Shown here one piece after another: positions 12,849-25,463 of a DNA stretch of 64,000 nt. The stretch lies in NCBI GenBank assembly GCA_051294375.1, contig CM119268.1:2081574-2145573 (forward strand), in the 5' to 3' direction. The translations under genes were made by a program, and so were the position numbers. Below the pieces are notes generated by a model. It was not told the DNA's origin, ran no database searches, and saw only the letters and a program-made list of their open reading frames with translations. The stretch comes from Paraspadella gotoi. Lineage: Eukaryota > Animalia > Chaetognatha. The first letter of the stretch is position 1. Every line of letters starts with the position of its first letter.

Positions 12849-15800
12849 GATTATTTCGAACCTCCTTTCGGTTTCGTCTCTCGCTCTTTTTCAATTCGAC
12901 CCGATGCTCAAAACATTTCGCTCTTTATTTTGAGTTGGCGAAAGAACTCCGTTAAAAATCGAATATCGATAAAGGACGAAAGTAAACTGGCAAACTGAAA
13001 TTTAATTTTCAAAATAGAATTGCTCGGCCGTGGGTAATTCAATTCTTTCATATAATAATTGTAATAAAAGGTTAAAAAAATACGGGGAAAAAATATTTAT
13101 CTGCGCTCTTTTTCTGTATGGCAATGGGGAATTTGAGTTTAAAATTGTTTGCGATCTCAACGAGACGATCATAATTCCTTTTTCAGTATATTTTTATCCT
13201 AGTGACTTAAAAGTTTAGCCCTTCGACCAAATCGACTACATTCTCTAAAAATTTTCGTCTGACATGCTCAGTGAACCTAATTGAACGGACAACTCCCTTT
13301 TTTATATTTTTTCACTCGACTCTCGAAAAAGGCCTGTCTTTTTCAGACTCGAGCGGCGAAACCGATAATTCCCCCCAAGGATCCGGGCGGAGGATTCCGC
13401 CGATTCGCTCGGTCCCCGCAACGCCAACTCTGCGGCCGCCGCCGCGCCGCCGGAATCTTTTTTTTTTAACAAAAAGGTCACGCATTCGTCGACTCTTTCC
13501 TCGTTTTTGACTCTGGGAGTCGAAAAGGGTGGTGGTGGGGGTGTCACGAGGCTTCGCCCGGCGGGGAAAAGATATGCGACCGCGGCGGAGATCTGTGTCA
13601 ACAGAAAAGTCCTCAATCGAGTCGCCTTCTGCGATAACTCTGAAAATTAAAAGAGCGACGAGGACGAGTGGATTTTTAAGTCGACTCTTCACTAATTCGT
13701 TTTGAATCGATTAACGAAGAGTGAGAGTGAGAGAGAGAGAGTGTCTGTGTGACGGTGCTCTGGGAATATTCGTCATGGCGGTACTGGTTTTAATTATTTT
13801 CCGCGGAATCCAAAACGCAGATGGATTTTTGATTTTTGAGTAAAAATGAAGTAGAAAACGCGGGATTTCTATCGTGTTTTTTTAATTATAACCTTCAGGG
13901 TAGTGGGTATTTTTCAAAACCAAAAATCTCACCTGGATATCGCAAGATAATCGATTTATAAATTCAATTAGAATCCAATCTGATCAGAGAAAATCTTAAT
14001 TAGATCATCGTTGATTATTAGTTGAACTAAGCTTTTTAGTTTTACGTGTTTATTTAATACCTCATCGTTGATGACTAATTTTAAATTTTTTCCAATGTGG
14101 GAAATGAAGCTCTAAATTTCTTCGCTATACCGTCCTTAAGTTTCCAAATTTCGAATGAGCGAAATGGTGCGCCAAAACCTCACACATCATGTTCACACAT
14201 CGGTTTCGTTTCCGAATCAATTTTTTTTTCTTAAATCTTCGGATTTCCCGCGTTTGAATCGCGAAACGAAAACATTTTTTTCGCCAAAAAAATCTGCCTC
14301 CTTCCAAATTAAAAGATATTGAAAACACAATCTCAGTTCTTGCTAAGCTTGGTGAAAAAAAAAGGGGGAAGCCCGAAAAAAATTATCGATTTTAATAGTA
14401 ACTAATTTATATCTAAAAAAACAGATCGCTTTTTCTCCCTTCCTCCTCATTGGGTTGGCCAACATCGGGTCATATTTCGCACAAGATTTTATCTCTCCGC
14501 TCAGATTTCGCGGCGAATAACCCGCGTATCTCTCAGACAACTGTTAAATTAATCGCAACCATTTATTATCGCCCTTTGATGTTTACATATGAGCAATTCA
14601 ACACAATTTTCTCGCAGTTGTTCTTCCCATCGTTGGCCTATGAGCGAAAAAACCATAACAAAACCACTAAAAAATTTCTTTTATTTCTTTCTCTCTTACA
14701 GTATTTACTTTTTTTTTCTGCTTGTATTTTTCGGATGATCGATCGAAGTGACTTGGAGGCAAACAAAATCGGCCTCGGTGTTTTCTGCAAGAAAGAAAGT
14801 CAAATGTTATTCTTTTGTAGAAAAAAAAAAAGAAAAATCAAGTCGTCAAAAAACGGACTAAATGGAGGGAGAACAAACAATAATTTTCTTCTCGTGAAAG
14901 ATCGTGGGCCCTTTTTTTTCTCTCGGCCGCTTCGATCATCGCGTTTTAGTTGTGGCGTTAGCCTTTTGTTTGGTTGTTTAGTCCAGACGCCTTCCTCAAC
15001 ACGTGAAACGCCATTGAAGACGCAAATGTCTGCATCCAATTTCTACATGAACATTCACTTCGTGATTCGCCTCTTATTTACTTTCAAATTTGCTTGCAGG
15101 CATTTCTTTTTTACTTTCGGTTTCTTTCTTAACGTTTTCTCGACATATGAGCAAGATTGAAAGAATTCGGAACATATTCTCACTCTTTTGACTTAAATTC
15201 GTCGCCTTGGCCTTCTTGCCTCTCGCAGTCTCACTCCAACTTACAACAACAACATTTTTTTTCACTTCGTCTTGGGAAAGTTGATTTAAAACTCGGAGTG
15301 CCAACAAATCTTAACTCAACTTTTGTCTTTGAAATTGAGTCGTGAATTTGAGGTTTGTTCTCTCTCCAAGAAAAATCTCAAAATTTTTCCTGAAATTATT
15401 TTTTTTAAATTCTAAAATTTGGAATGAAGGAAATTTTTAAAAATCCTAAGCCAAAAACACTCTTAGTCTTTGGTACCAGCTCAACATGTTTGAATATGAA
15501 ACAAATAACAGCACATGGCAATATTATAGATTTATTAAAGTTTAACGATACAAATATTAAGTAGTAAACTAAGAAATTAATGATTTATAAAATAATATTT
15601 AAAGTTTTAGTCTTTCAAATAATTTTAAAAGCAGTCAATCTGCCCTTAATGTCGTTCCAAATCCTGTCGTCGATTATTTCTCTTTGCATATTCTCGCTCC
15701 GCTGCTGCGCAAAATTTGCTTTCCTCTCGATTTTCACCGTCTGAAAGTGACGTGGAATATGCAGAATAGAGAGCTTTTTGGAAAATCATTCCAATTTAAT

Positions 15801-15855
15801 TTTTTATTACAAAGCGTTCAGCATCTCGCTAAACCTTTTAAATATTTTTTTAGAA

Positions 15856-15904
<49 letters not shown>

Positions 15905-16759
15905 AATTGCCATAAATCCGTTTTGCACCGTCAGAGATTTGTGCTGGTTGTGACCCCGGTCCTCCCTCAACAGCCCAGTGACAACTTCGACAAAGAAGAA
16001 AAAAAAGAAAGAAAAAAAAGAAACCTAATTTTGGTTCCATGCCGCAATCCTCATAACCTTCTCTTCCAACGAAGATATAAAGCAAAAACTCGACCGTGCA
16101 ACGGCAATAGATGCCCGACTCGCGGAATAGGACGGGGATTGGCCCATGATTTAATCCCACTGATTTCCGGCTAAACCGAATTTTCGTTTCCGGTCGCTGA
16201 TTGGACGAAAACGCGCGTCCTCGCGACGTCGCTGGGAAAAGGCAAGTCCCCCGGTTGAACGTCTTTTCTTTTGCGCGGTCATAACTCGGCGTCTCAAAAG
16301 AAAAAAAGATTTCGCCATTTTGCATTGCTTTCTTCGGGAATGTATGGACTTTGGTTAATCAAATCGTCTCTAAAATTATCGACTGATTATTTACATCCTT
16401 GATTTTTTTCGTTACACCTACAGCAAAGTATACAAATTAGCGCTTTGCACTCCGCTCGAAGTTAACAAATCCTTTCTTAATCAACGTAACTGGATAGGTT
16501 TAATGATGAAAAAAAAATGAAGCAAATCAAAGCCGAAACGACGAGAAAGCAATCATCATTATGATATGAACTTGATCCGAACGAACAATTCAAAGTTAAT
16601 TGAATTCGTGTTGGGTCGTTGAGCCAAAAGGTCGTCACAACTCTTGTAGAGTGACGAGTTTATTTTCGGCGCGAGGACCTTTACTCTTTCGTCGCGAGTC
16701 TCAGTCTACTTCGATGGTGTATACAAAGCGAAACCTGAGAGAAAGCTTTCAACGACGCC

Positions 16760-18112
16760 ATGGGAAAGGCCTGGTCGTCCTCTTCTCACGGCGCCGACGC
16801 CATGGTGCAACGGATGGTCAAGCACGAACAAGTCAATACAGGTATGTCAAACATAATATTGGTTATTTCATTATTTTATATAGAAGTGCTTCGGATGATC
16901 CGATAACCATGATTGTCAATTGGTCTTCGTTGTTTGCTCACTAAACCATGACCAAGACGTCTGACGGATATCAGATTTTAATCGCCCTTTTGAGTGGGGA
17001 TGGTTAAATATAGTAATTGATATAAATTTGTCAATATTTAGTGACTGTCAAGGTGTCTTCCGACGCTGAAGTTGGCGAAACAAAACAAGTTGAAGTCCCT
17101 GTTACCAGAGGAGTCATCATTCTCAGGTTAGATAAATAGGATTTGTTTTGTATTATGTAGAAAGGTTGGTAAAAAAAAAGACAGAACAAAAACCAAACAG
17201 AACAAAAAAAGTTGCATTAGTATTCAAATTTTGAAGAAAAAAAAATCATCCGTGTGCATGAAAAGAACTCTGTAAGTGTCTGTTAATACGTAAAACCCAA
17301 ACTTATTTTCAATTTTTCGTGGTGTGGTTTATACATTGTGGGCGCTTAGCTTATTATATCCAAAAGCATGAAAGGCATCTTGATTGCAGCGATCTCCGCC
17401 GCGCGGCCGACAACGCCGCCATCACCTCGATTCGCTACGACGCCCCAAGCGGAGGCCCGAAAGACCAGACGTGTCGAACGAGCGAAGGCCTCTTCCCTCC
17501 CGACGGACCGAAAGGCAGCTGGGAGCCGTGGCCCGTTCTCGTGGCCTGCGGTCAGTTCAACTTCAATCACAAATTGATTCTCATTTTGTAAATTTAATTT
17601 CCCCGCTTTTCTAAAGCAGAAGAACCCGACTACTTAATATGTTATACAGCATTGATTAAATTGAAAATATTAATACAATAATTCAAACGATTAAAATTAA
17701 TATCAAAGAAGACAATGATAGTTATGAATATGAATTTCACAGAAAATCCGCCTAATCCACCGTCGCCAAAAGCGCAAAGATCGAAAATCTGCGTCATCAA
17801 GGACGAGGAAAAGAAGAAGAAAGATTGGAAGAAGATTGAATTAACGCGCGACTGGTACATTAAGAAGGAAGACTTGGACGTTTGTTGCGGCGTCAGGTGA
17901 GAAGAAGAATCCACGAAAACGTCTCAACTTTAATGAACATTTTCCTTTTTTACTTTTTTGTGATTAGCCACTTGCGTTTGTGGTCGTGGAATGACAACGA
18001 GCGCTCTTTCGTCGAAAATCCCGTGGAAACGATCATCCATCCGCCGCGAGAGGCCGCGGCGCGCGCCTGGTTGCATCCTGAAATTCTTCCCACTTACTCC
18101 GCCAAAATGTGA
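16760..18112 (+). CDS. 208-aa protein with two putative TDP-43 N-terminal-like (ubiquitin/DIX-like fold) domains, no RRM
   Basis: Exons 16760-16841, 17042-17126, 17390-17550, 17743-17896, 17968-18112 sum to 627 nt with consistent phases. Domain 1 (VKVSSDAE..KQVEVPVTRGVIILSDL...ITSIRYDAP...EGLFPPD...W) aligns by eye to the TDP-43 NTD. Confidence 0.65.
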
Positions 18113-19070
18113 CGAAACGTCGCAGTACAAGATTATTTTACGACGACTTAGATAAGCCGTTCGATAACTTACCTTGACTCAAAAGATTTGAGCTACGATT
18201 TTCTCACTTTTTCTTTTCTATTATCAATCATGTTTTTATGTACCCAATTTTTCAGGGTTCTTTACTTTATATTAATTCAAAACCGCCTATAATTAACTGG
18301 CCATGCATTGCCCTAAGAAAATGCTCTCATTAAATTATTTCTTCATTGCAGCATCTTTTGTTAATCCGATAAGTCGTGTTCGAAATTATGATACTAATCA
18401 TAATGTGGCTTTGGTTATTGGTTAGTTTAATTGGTCTAGCTTCATAGTATTTCTATTTGCAATATTTGCAATTAATTATTTTCTGAAGCGAAGTCTTCAA
18501 AATAAAAGGTACCGCTGATATAAATGCATACGACCTGTATTTTATTCAAACTGTTCCGAGTTATGAAGACCCTTGTGTGAAATATTCATGAGCGATATTG
18601 CGAACTAGTCAGCTTGTCTTAGACTTCGAAATAATGTCATTTTGTATTCAAAGAGCACACAGATTAACGTCGTTGTATTCAACTTAGTTCAATATTTGAG
18701 ACCTTGATCTAATAGTATTAGAATTAGTATTAATAATACACTAGTATATAGTTGGAATTAACAAAAGATCAAACAGAAGTGAGCGAAATTCGACGTTAGC
18801 GCCCTCTGACTCTTTCCGTCCCACGGAAACAAAATGAAATTATAATTATAATTTTCATTCATGTTTTTTTTCGTTCTCAAAAAAAAAAAAAAAAAAAGAT
18901 AAAAAAATGTAGCAAATGGTTTGTCGGGAATGACAATACGTCAAAAGTATCCCCAGCTTGCGGCATCGTTCGTAATTAATATTTTAATATTTCCGTCGTT
19001 TTCTTTCATATATATTTTCGCGCAATGTCAGTTACATAGATCCTTTGTGGAAAAACCCCCCAAAGAAATC

Positions 19071-22000
19071 ATGTTTCACTCGTGCGACGCGAACTGCGAA
19101 CGAGTCAAGCGACTTCTGAGTCGAGGTTCTCCCAACGGCGTTTGGGCCGAAGAGTTGGAGAAGCAGCAGGAGGCGCTGACTCGCGCCGCGGAATCGTGCC
19201 ACGACGTCACCGTTCAATCGATCGGCAACAAAAAACTCGTCACTCTCAACCGCAAAGGGAAAGCGAACAACGCGGACCGAGGGACCATCTCAGGATTCGG
19301 TCTAAAGGGTCAGGAGTCCACGGGAGGTGGGGATGTTTTACCGATTGATTCGAAGTTAAAAATAGGTTCGAGTTAGACTTAAGGTCCTGGCTTTGGAGTT
19401 TAGGGTACAGTATCGGTTTTGAAGAACCTGGAAAACTCCAGGGAGGCTGTAACTTTTTGTGTAAATGCTGGAAATCAGCTGAAAATCGAATACGGGTTAG
19501 ACCTGAGGGTGGTTTATTCCCCATAAGAGTTTGAGCCACTTTAAAAAAAAAATAGTGAATGGGCATTTTTTTGGACAAAAAATTAATTTGCATACTGTAA
19601 AAAAAAATATGGTAGTAAATACTCTTATATTATGGTGATATAACCGGGAGGGGTTGCCTAAACCAGTGGTAAAACAAAATGATCAAATACAGCTTTGGTT
19701 ATAAAACTCATTTGCATACAGTAGCAATATATTTTTTTATAATATTGTATTTTCAGGTCTTATGATAATTTTTAAAAAAATTTATTTATCAAATAATAGC
19801 TAACTGATACACACCAATAACATACAATGAATAAAATAGGAATATTTGTTATTCTTTAAATCCAAATTAATTTTCAACAATAATATCAAAATATGCATTT
19901 TTTTGAACAAATGTTTTTTTAAAAATAGTAATTATGCCAACTGTCCTCGTGCACTGATTACAAATATATAATTTTTTTTTTAAAATACGACTACTAATAT
20001 TATGAAATATAACCCTTCAAAACCTTAAAAAATATAGAAAAACACCCTTAATTCAAACTTTAATAAAAACCGTTCCAATAATATTACATCTCTCATACTT
20101 TAATACATATCAGGAGAACCATCAGGTTTATTTTGGTGAAAAGTTATAGATAACTTTGATAAGGAATGACTGCACAGGAAGGCGAAAAATAGATGGATGA
20201 ACTACATCAGCTTGTAATTGAATAATATACTCTTGCTTAATAAGGCGGAACAAAGTAAAACCTAAGAGTTCTGTAATATAAATAACGTTAGAGCATCCCT
20301 GTGGGATGACGAATTAAAAAAAAAATTAAAATTTTATATATATATAAATAATATAGAAGGCATTTAAAGTTTATCGTATTACTATAAATCATGAAATTTT
20401 TTTTTTCAAAATCAGAATTTTTAAAAGCGGATTCGGGTAGAGATTGAAAAAATAAAAATATTACTAACAAGATTTTCAATTTTATTGTTTTATTGCTTAA
20501 TTATAACAAAAACTATAAAAATTGTGGTAGCGACGATGATGATTGATGATTTTAAAGAGTTTTTCGCGTTATTCTGACCCACTTATCATCAAAATATTGA
20601 AAAACGCATTATACTTTGTGTAGAAAACTTTTTATGGGCTATCTGAATCGTTCTTAAAAAGAAAATTTTACTTTGTTCGCCTTATTAAGCAAGAGTACAT
20701 TATTCAATTACAAGCTGATATAGTTCATTCTATTTTTCGCCTTCTGTGCAGTGTGCAGTCATTCCTTTATCGAAGTTATCTATAACTTTCACACAATAAA
20801 CCTGATGGTTCTCCTTGATATGTATTAAAGTATGAGAGATGTAATATCAATAGAACGGTTTTTATTAAAGTTTTGAATTAAGGGTGTTTTTCTGTATTTT
20901 TTAAGGTTTTGAAGGGTTATATTTCATAATATAGTAGTCGTATTTAAAAAAAATTATATATTTGTAATCAGTGCACCGAGGACAGTTGGTTGGCATAATT
21001 ACTATTTTTAAAAAAACATTTGTTCAAAACAATGCATATTTTGATATTTTGTTGAAAATTAATTTTGGATTAAAGAATAACAAATATTCTATTTTATTCA
21101 TTGTATGTTATTGTGGTGTATCAGTTAGCTATTATTTGAAATAAATTTTTTAAAAATTATCATAAGACTGAAAATACAATATTATAAAAAATATATTGCT
21201 ACTGTATGCAAATGAGTTTTAACAAAGCTGTATTTGATCATTTTTGTTTACCACTGGTTTAGGCAACCCCTCCCGGTTATATCACCATAATATAAGAGTA
21301 TTTACTACCATATTTTTTTTACAGTATGCAAATTAATTTTTTGTCCAAAAAAATGCCATTCACTATTTTTTTTAAAAGTGGCTCAAACTCTATGGGGAAT
21401 AAACCACCCTCAGGTCTAACCCGTATTCGATTTTCAGCTGATTTCCAGCATTTACAAAAAAGTTACAGCCTCCCTGGACTTCCAGTCTTTCAAAACCGAT
21501 ACTGTAGGGTTTTCTGTACAGATTAAATGTCGAATAGGATAAGAACAACATAATTAGGTTGGGTTTTAAATTTAAATTTATTGTTAGTGTTTTTTTTTCA
21601 AAACCCCAAGTTCGTGTTAATTTCGAAATATTGAAATAGTGGCTACAGAGAGTGTAAAGTCAGATAGATATATTGATATCGTGCGATCAAATTATTGTTC
21701 AGCTCGCCACTTAGATTTTCAACGCTGTCGTTCAAAATTCCAGCCTCAGTTTCATCGCAACCACCTGCACGCTCATGGAGGGCGACGCCAACTTGGGTTG
21801 AAGACGCCAACCGGTTTTGGCTCAGCATTGAACCCAATTACTTGACGCAGATCGAAGAGACGCTGGGATTGATACACGCGCAACAGGTTGACTCGAAACT
21901 TTACTTATCTTCTCTCAAATCCCGTTCAAACCTTTCCGCTTCAGGAAAGGCTCCCTCCGGAAGAGGTCGCCCTGGGCTCTAAAGCCATGACCAAGATCGA

Positions 22001-24074
22001 CGGCGTCTGGACGCGAGTGGAGATCGAACGCATCGACCAAGACGGAATCCTCTTACTCTGCCTCGACTACGGCAACCGACGGAAAAAACCCATCGCCTCT
22101 CTCTTCCGTCTCCCGCGCTTCGTGAGCGATTACGGACCGCAGGCGATCTGTTGTCGTCTCCAACATCCCGACAATCCGCGACAGCTCTGGAGCGCCAAGG
22201 TTAATTCACGAATCGCTCGCGATTTCAACATGGAGGATGAACACTTATTTTTTTTTGTCTCCAGCAATCGCCGATCTTCGTCGAATTGGCGAAACGCCAC
22301 GATTTTTTCTTCTTACTCGAGGACATTAGAAAGACGGAGGCGCCGAAAGGCTTCGTTCGACCGGTTCAACTATTCTACCGTCTGAGAGACGGCTCGCTCA
22401 AGAACGTCGCCGAAAGCGTTCTCACCATCGACACCACGCCCTTCTTCAGCGACGCCGAGTTCGAGTCTCGCGCCGGCGTGGGTTCTCCTCCTCCTACTCC
22501 CGTCGGAGAGAATTCGCCAGCCGAGTCTTTCTCCCTTCCCTCACCCTCCGACCAACATGGCTTCGAAAATCGGTAGCTCCATTGTCGGGCTATCGCATTT
22601 AGTTTTTAAAAGAAGTTATTATAATTAATAAAATAATAATATATTTAATATATATTAATTAATGTCAAAATAATGACCGACAGGTTTGATCTCTTACCCA
22701 ACTTATTGATCGAGCACGAAGCTCTTCAACCAATCCCACAAATGAACTGGAGGGCATTAGCGGACACTTGGCAACAGTTTCTCATTCCCCGTGAGTGGCG
22801 ACCCCAGGCGGGATTTTGGCCCAACTACTTCATAGTCTGCCCGCAGCCGATTCGCGACGAGTTCGAGTCCATGATGTCCGTCTTCTCCTCGGCGATGAAT
22901 ACTTCGCACCACAGAGGCCACACCGACAAGGAGGTGGGGGTGGGCTGTTTTTACGCCGCCTTCTTTAAAGCCATCGACCAATGGGCTCGCGTCGTCGTCA
23001 TTGAAAAAGGCGAATCGAAGGTGGGGGAAAAGCTCTTTAAAATTAAATATTTGAGTGATCGAACAAGGATATTTAAACGTGAGCTAGTATTATAATTTAG
23101 TACAAAAAATATTTGTTCATGTAGTCTCGGGAACAGATTTTGTAGTATATTCTTATAAATTAGTAAATTTTAAAACTAATTTTTTTAAAACTTTTAATAA
23201 AGATTCAGATTTTTCATAAGAAAATTGAATCAAAAATATAAAACAAATTATCAAAAATTTTATTGTCTTCACCATTTAAAACGGGGAAAAAAGATCAAAA
23301 TTTACAAGTTTTTTTTTCTGTAGTAGAAATTTATATATGTTAAAATAGCATATAACATATTTTATAAAAGTTTCTTAGTTTTTTATGGCGAATCCAAATT
23401 TATTTTTAAAAATAAAACAAAAATTATTTTAAAATTTTATGATTTTATAAGGATATTACTACATAAATAATTGAACTTAATATATTATTATGCTTAAAAA
23501 AATTTTAAAAGATTTAAAATTTATTAATTACATAGGCTGCAAAAAAATAATGTTAAATCGCTCAATCTTTTCATCACTCCAGCATACTGTACAGACTCGG
23601 GTATAGGAAATTATTAATTTTGGAATTGCAGAACGAATGGTGCGTATATTGCGGGGACCTGGGCATCAGATCCGTCGTCAATTCCCAAGAACTTCGACCT
23701 CTGCCCTGGTGCTTTAAGAGGATTCCATTTCAAGCCATTCAGGCGGATCTTCCTGTTCGTCCCGCACACGGAGATCGATACCCACCAGAAACGCTTAAGT
23801 TTTTGGCTGAACAGTTGAAGGTTCGCTAGATTATTTTGGCGGGAAAAAAAATTACAAGTGCTGATACTTCCGTTAATGGCAGAATGAAGCAAAGCCGATT
23901 CTTTGATTTCAGAATCACGATCTCTACGGTCACATCCTCAAAATAATCGAGAGGAAATGCGAGTGGCCATCCTTGAAGATCACGTTCTCTTCTCTGATGA
24001 GTATCTCCAACCAGGTTTGCGTCATTCGCTCCGCGATCAAGAAAGGCCTCGCTGTTGAGAGGCGAGACCAGTGA
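19071..24074 (+). CDS. LOTUS(OST-HTH)-like plus two extended Tudor domains (TDRD7/TDRD5-like germline/piRNA factor)
   Basis: N-term VKRLLSRGSPNGVWAEELEK resembles LOTUS. Tudor 1: TWVEDANRFWL...DGVWTRVEI...LCLDYGN...LFRLP..PQAICCRL. Tudor 2: GCFYAAFFKAIDQWARVVV...VYCGDLG...LRPLP..FKRIPFQAI. Confidence 0.75.
19408..21504. mobile_element. Non-autonomous foldback DNA transposon, ~850-bp inverted arms, TA target duplication (Tc1/mariner-like ends)
   Basis: TA|CAGTATCGGTTTTGAA... and ...TTCAAAACCGATACTG|TA. Arms ~19408-20260 and ~20666-21504 are reverse complements with small indels around a ~400-bp AT-rich spacer; no transposase ORF. Confidence 0.85.
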
Positions 24075-24559
24075 GTTATACTATTCGCAAGCCTTGTGAA
24101 TGATAAGCGTCCCAGTTTTCCTTGCTTCAGTGAGCAGAATTTCTAAATTCGTGTCCTTACGGTTTAGGCAAAAAAAGTACAAATACAGTACGAAAAGTTA
24201 ATTTTTTTCTGTTATGTTATTGCAAACGTTAAATTAGAAATACATTTGGTTAGTAGCTAGTACAATAAGATGAAGCTATGCTCTTTTTCTTATGAATATT
24301 GGAATAAACAGTGTATGTTCGTAGTTTTTTAGAAAAAAAACTTTATTGAAGACATTCCGACTTCTTTTTGAAAAAACAATCCATTTCTCTTGCAATTTTG
24401 TATTAAGTTCGGCCAAATATTTGTACTCCTTCAAAAATAGGTTTACTTAATGAGTTTTTTTTACTAATATTTTCAAAATATACTTTTTTATTAAACAACT
24501 AAAAAAGTATATAATCCTTTTAAAAAGCCACTCTTTCCCCGTGTTCTTGACTTTGAGCT

Positions 24560-24800
24560 TTAAAGAAACGATAAAACAATCAGGACTAAACCGATGATAA
24601 CGCAAAGGCTAGAAATTAAATCCATTAGTTGACGAACTCCAGGTGGCACCAATCCTTTCAGCACGAAGAGAACGATCCCCACAACGATGAGGCCGATACC
24701 CTGTTCCAATCTTCCGACGCTAAATAATGAATACACTAACATTATAAATGGCATTTATTTAGTGAAGAGTACATTAAGATAGGTACCCTCCACCGCCCAT
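24560..24800 (-). CDS. Small two-transmembrane protein (~57 aa), 2 coding exons
   Basis: ATG at 24800, MGGG(G)|gt...ag|VGRLEQGIGLIVVGIVLFVLKGLVPPGVRQLMDLISSLCVIIGLVLIVLSFL*; phase-consistent intron and two hydrophobic helices. Confidence 0.6.
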
Positions 24801-25436
24801 TCTTTTGATCGGGGGACGAGATGCCAAGGTTCCAGAGGAAAAAGAAAAATCTCTGCGAAATTGTTGGCTCGGATATAAAAGATTGATGACGGCCGTTGAA
24901 GAGACAATTGGCGAAGTTGTGGCGCCGAGCGAAGGAACGGACGGGAATTGTAACGCCGTTTTTGTTCTGTTGAGCGTTGAAAACTTCCATTTAAAAATTG
25001 ATGAAAATAACAAGGCCAGAATATCAATTAAATGTTACAATATTTTTAGGATTTTCTACCTTTGATCCATTTTCTGATTCACTTCTTTTTGTGGCCAAGC
25101 GATGGTGACAAATGGAAAAGCCCGAATTGTGGAAGGTCGCGTCGCCAGCGCCGTCGTGGGCAGACGGCCGCATTTGGCGATGCGCGTAAAGATCATGACT
25201 ATGTTCTGAATCTGAGGTTTTCTTTAAAATTGAGATCGGTGGTGCTTTATTTTACGGCAGAGTTTTAAATTTGTTTAGCTTTTGAATAGTAATTGCCTAT
25301 CAAGCAATTTTGATTTAAATATTTTTTTAAAATCGTAATGGAAATATATTGAGGACTCAGTATTTGCCGAGAGAAAAAACGCCAAGTGTCTCTCTATCCA
25401 TTCCGAAATCGAATTTATTTTCGATTCCTCTGTGAT

Positions 25437-25463
25437 GGGCATGTCCGATCAGTAGACAAGCCC
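25437..25463. promoter_or_regulatory. Candidate p53-family response element
   Basis: GGGCATGTCC-n7-AGACAAGCCC: two perfect RRRCWWGYYY half-sites between divergent genes. Confidence 0.4.

Noticed and set aside
13271-16325. Assorted ORFs, including 14450-15160 (236 aa)
   Set aside because: Phe/Lys-rich translations of homopolymer-rich noncoding DNA with no recognisable domains; probably regulatory or UTR sequence.
18797-18810. CTCF-like motif TAGCGCCCTCTGAC upstream of the Tudor gene
   Set aside because: Only a partial core match; too short to support from sequence alone.
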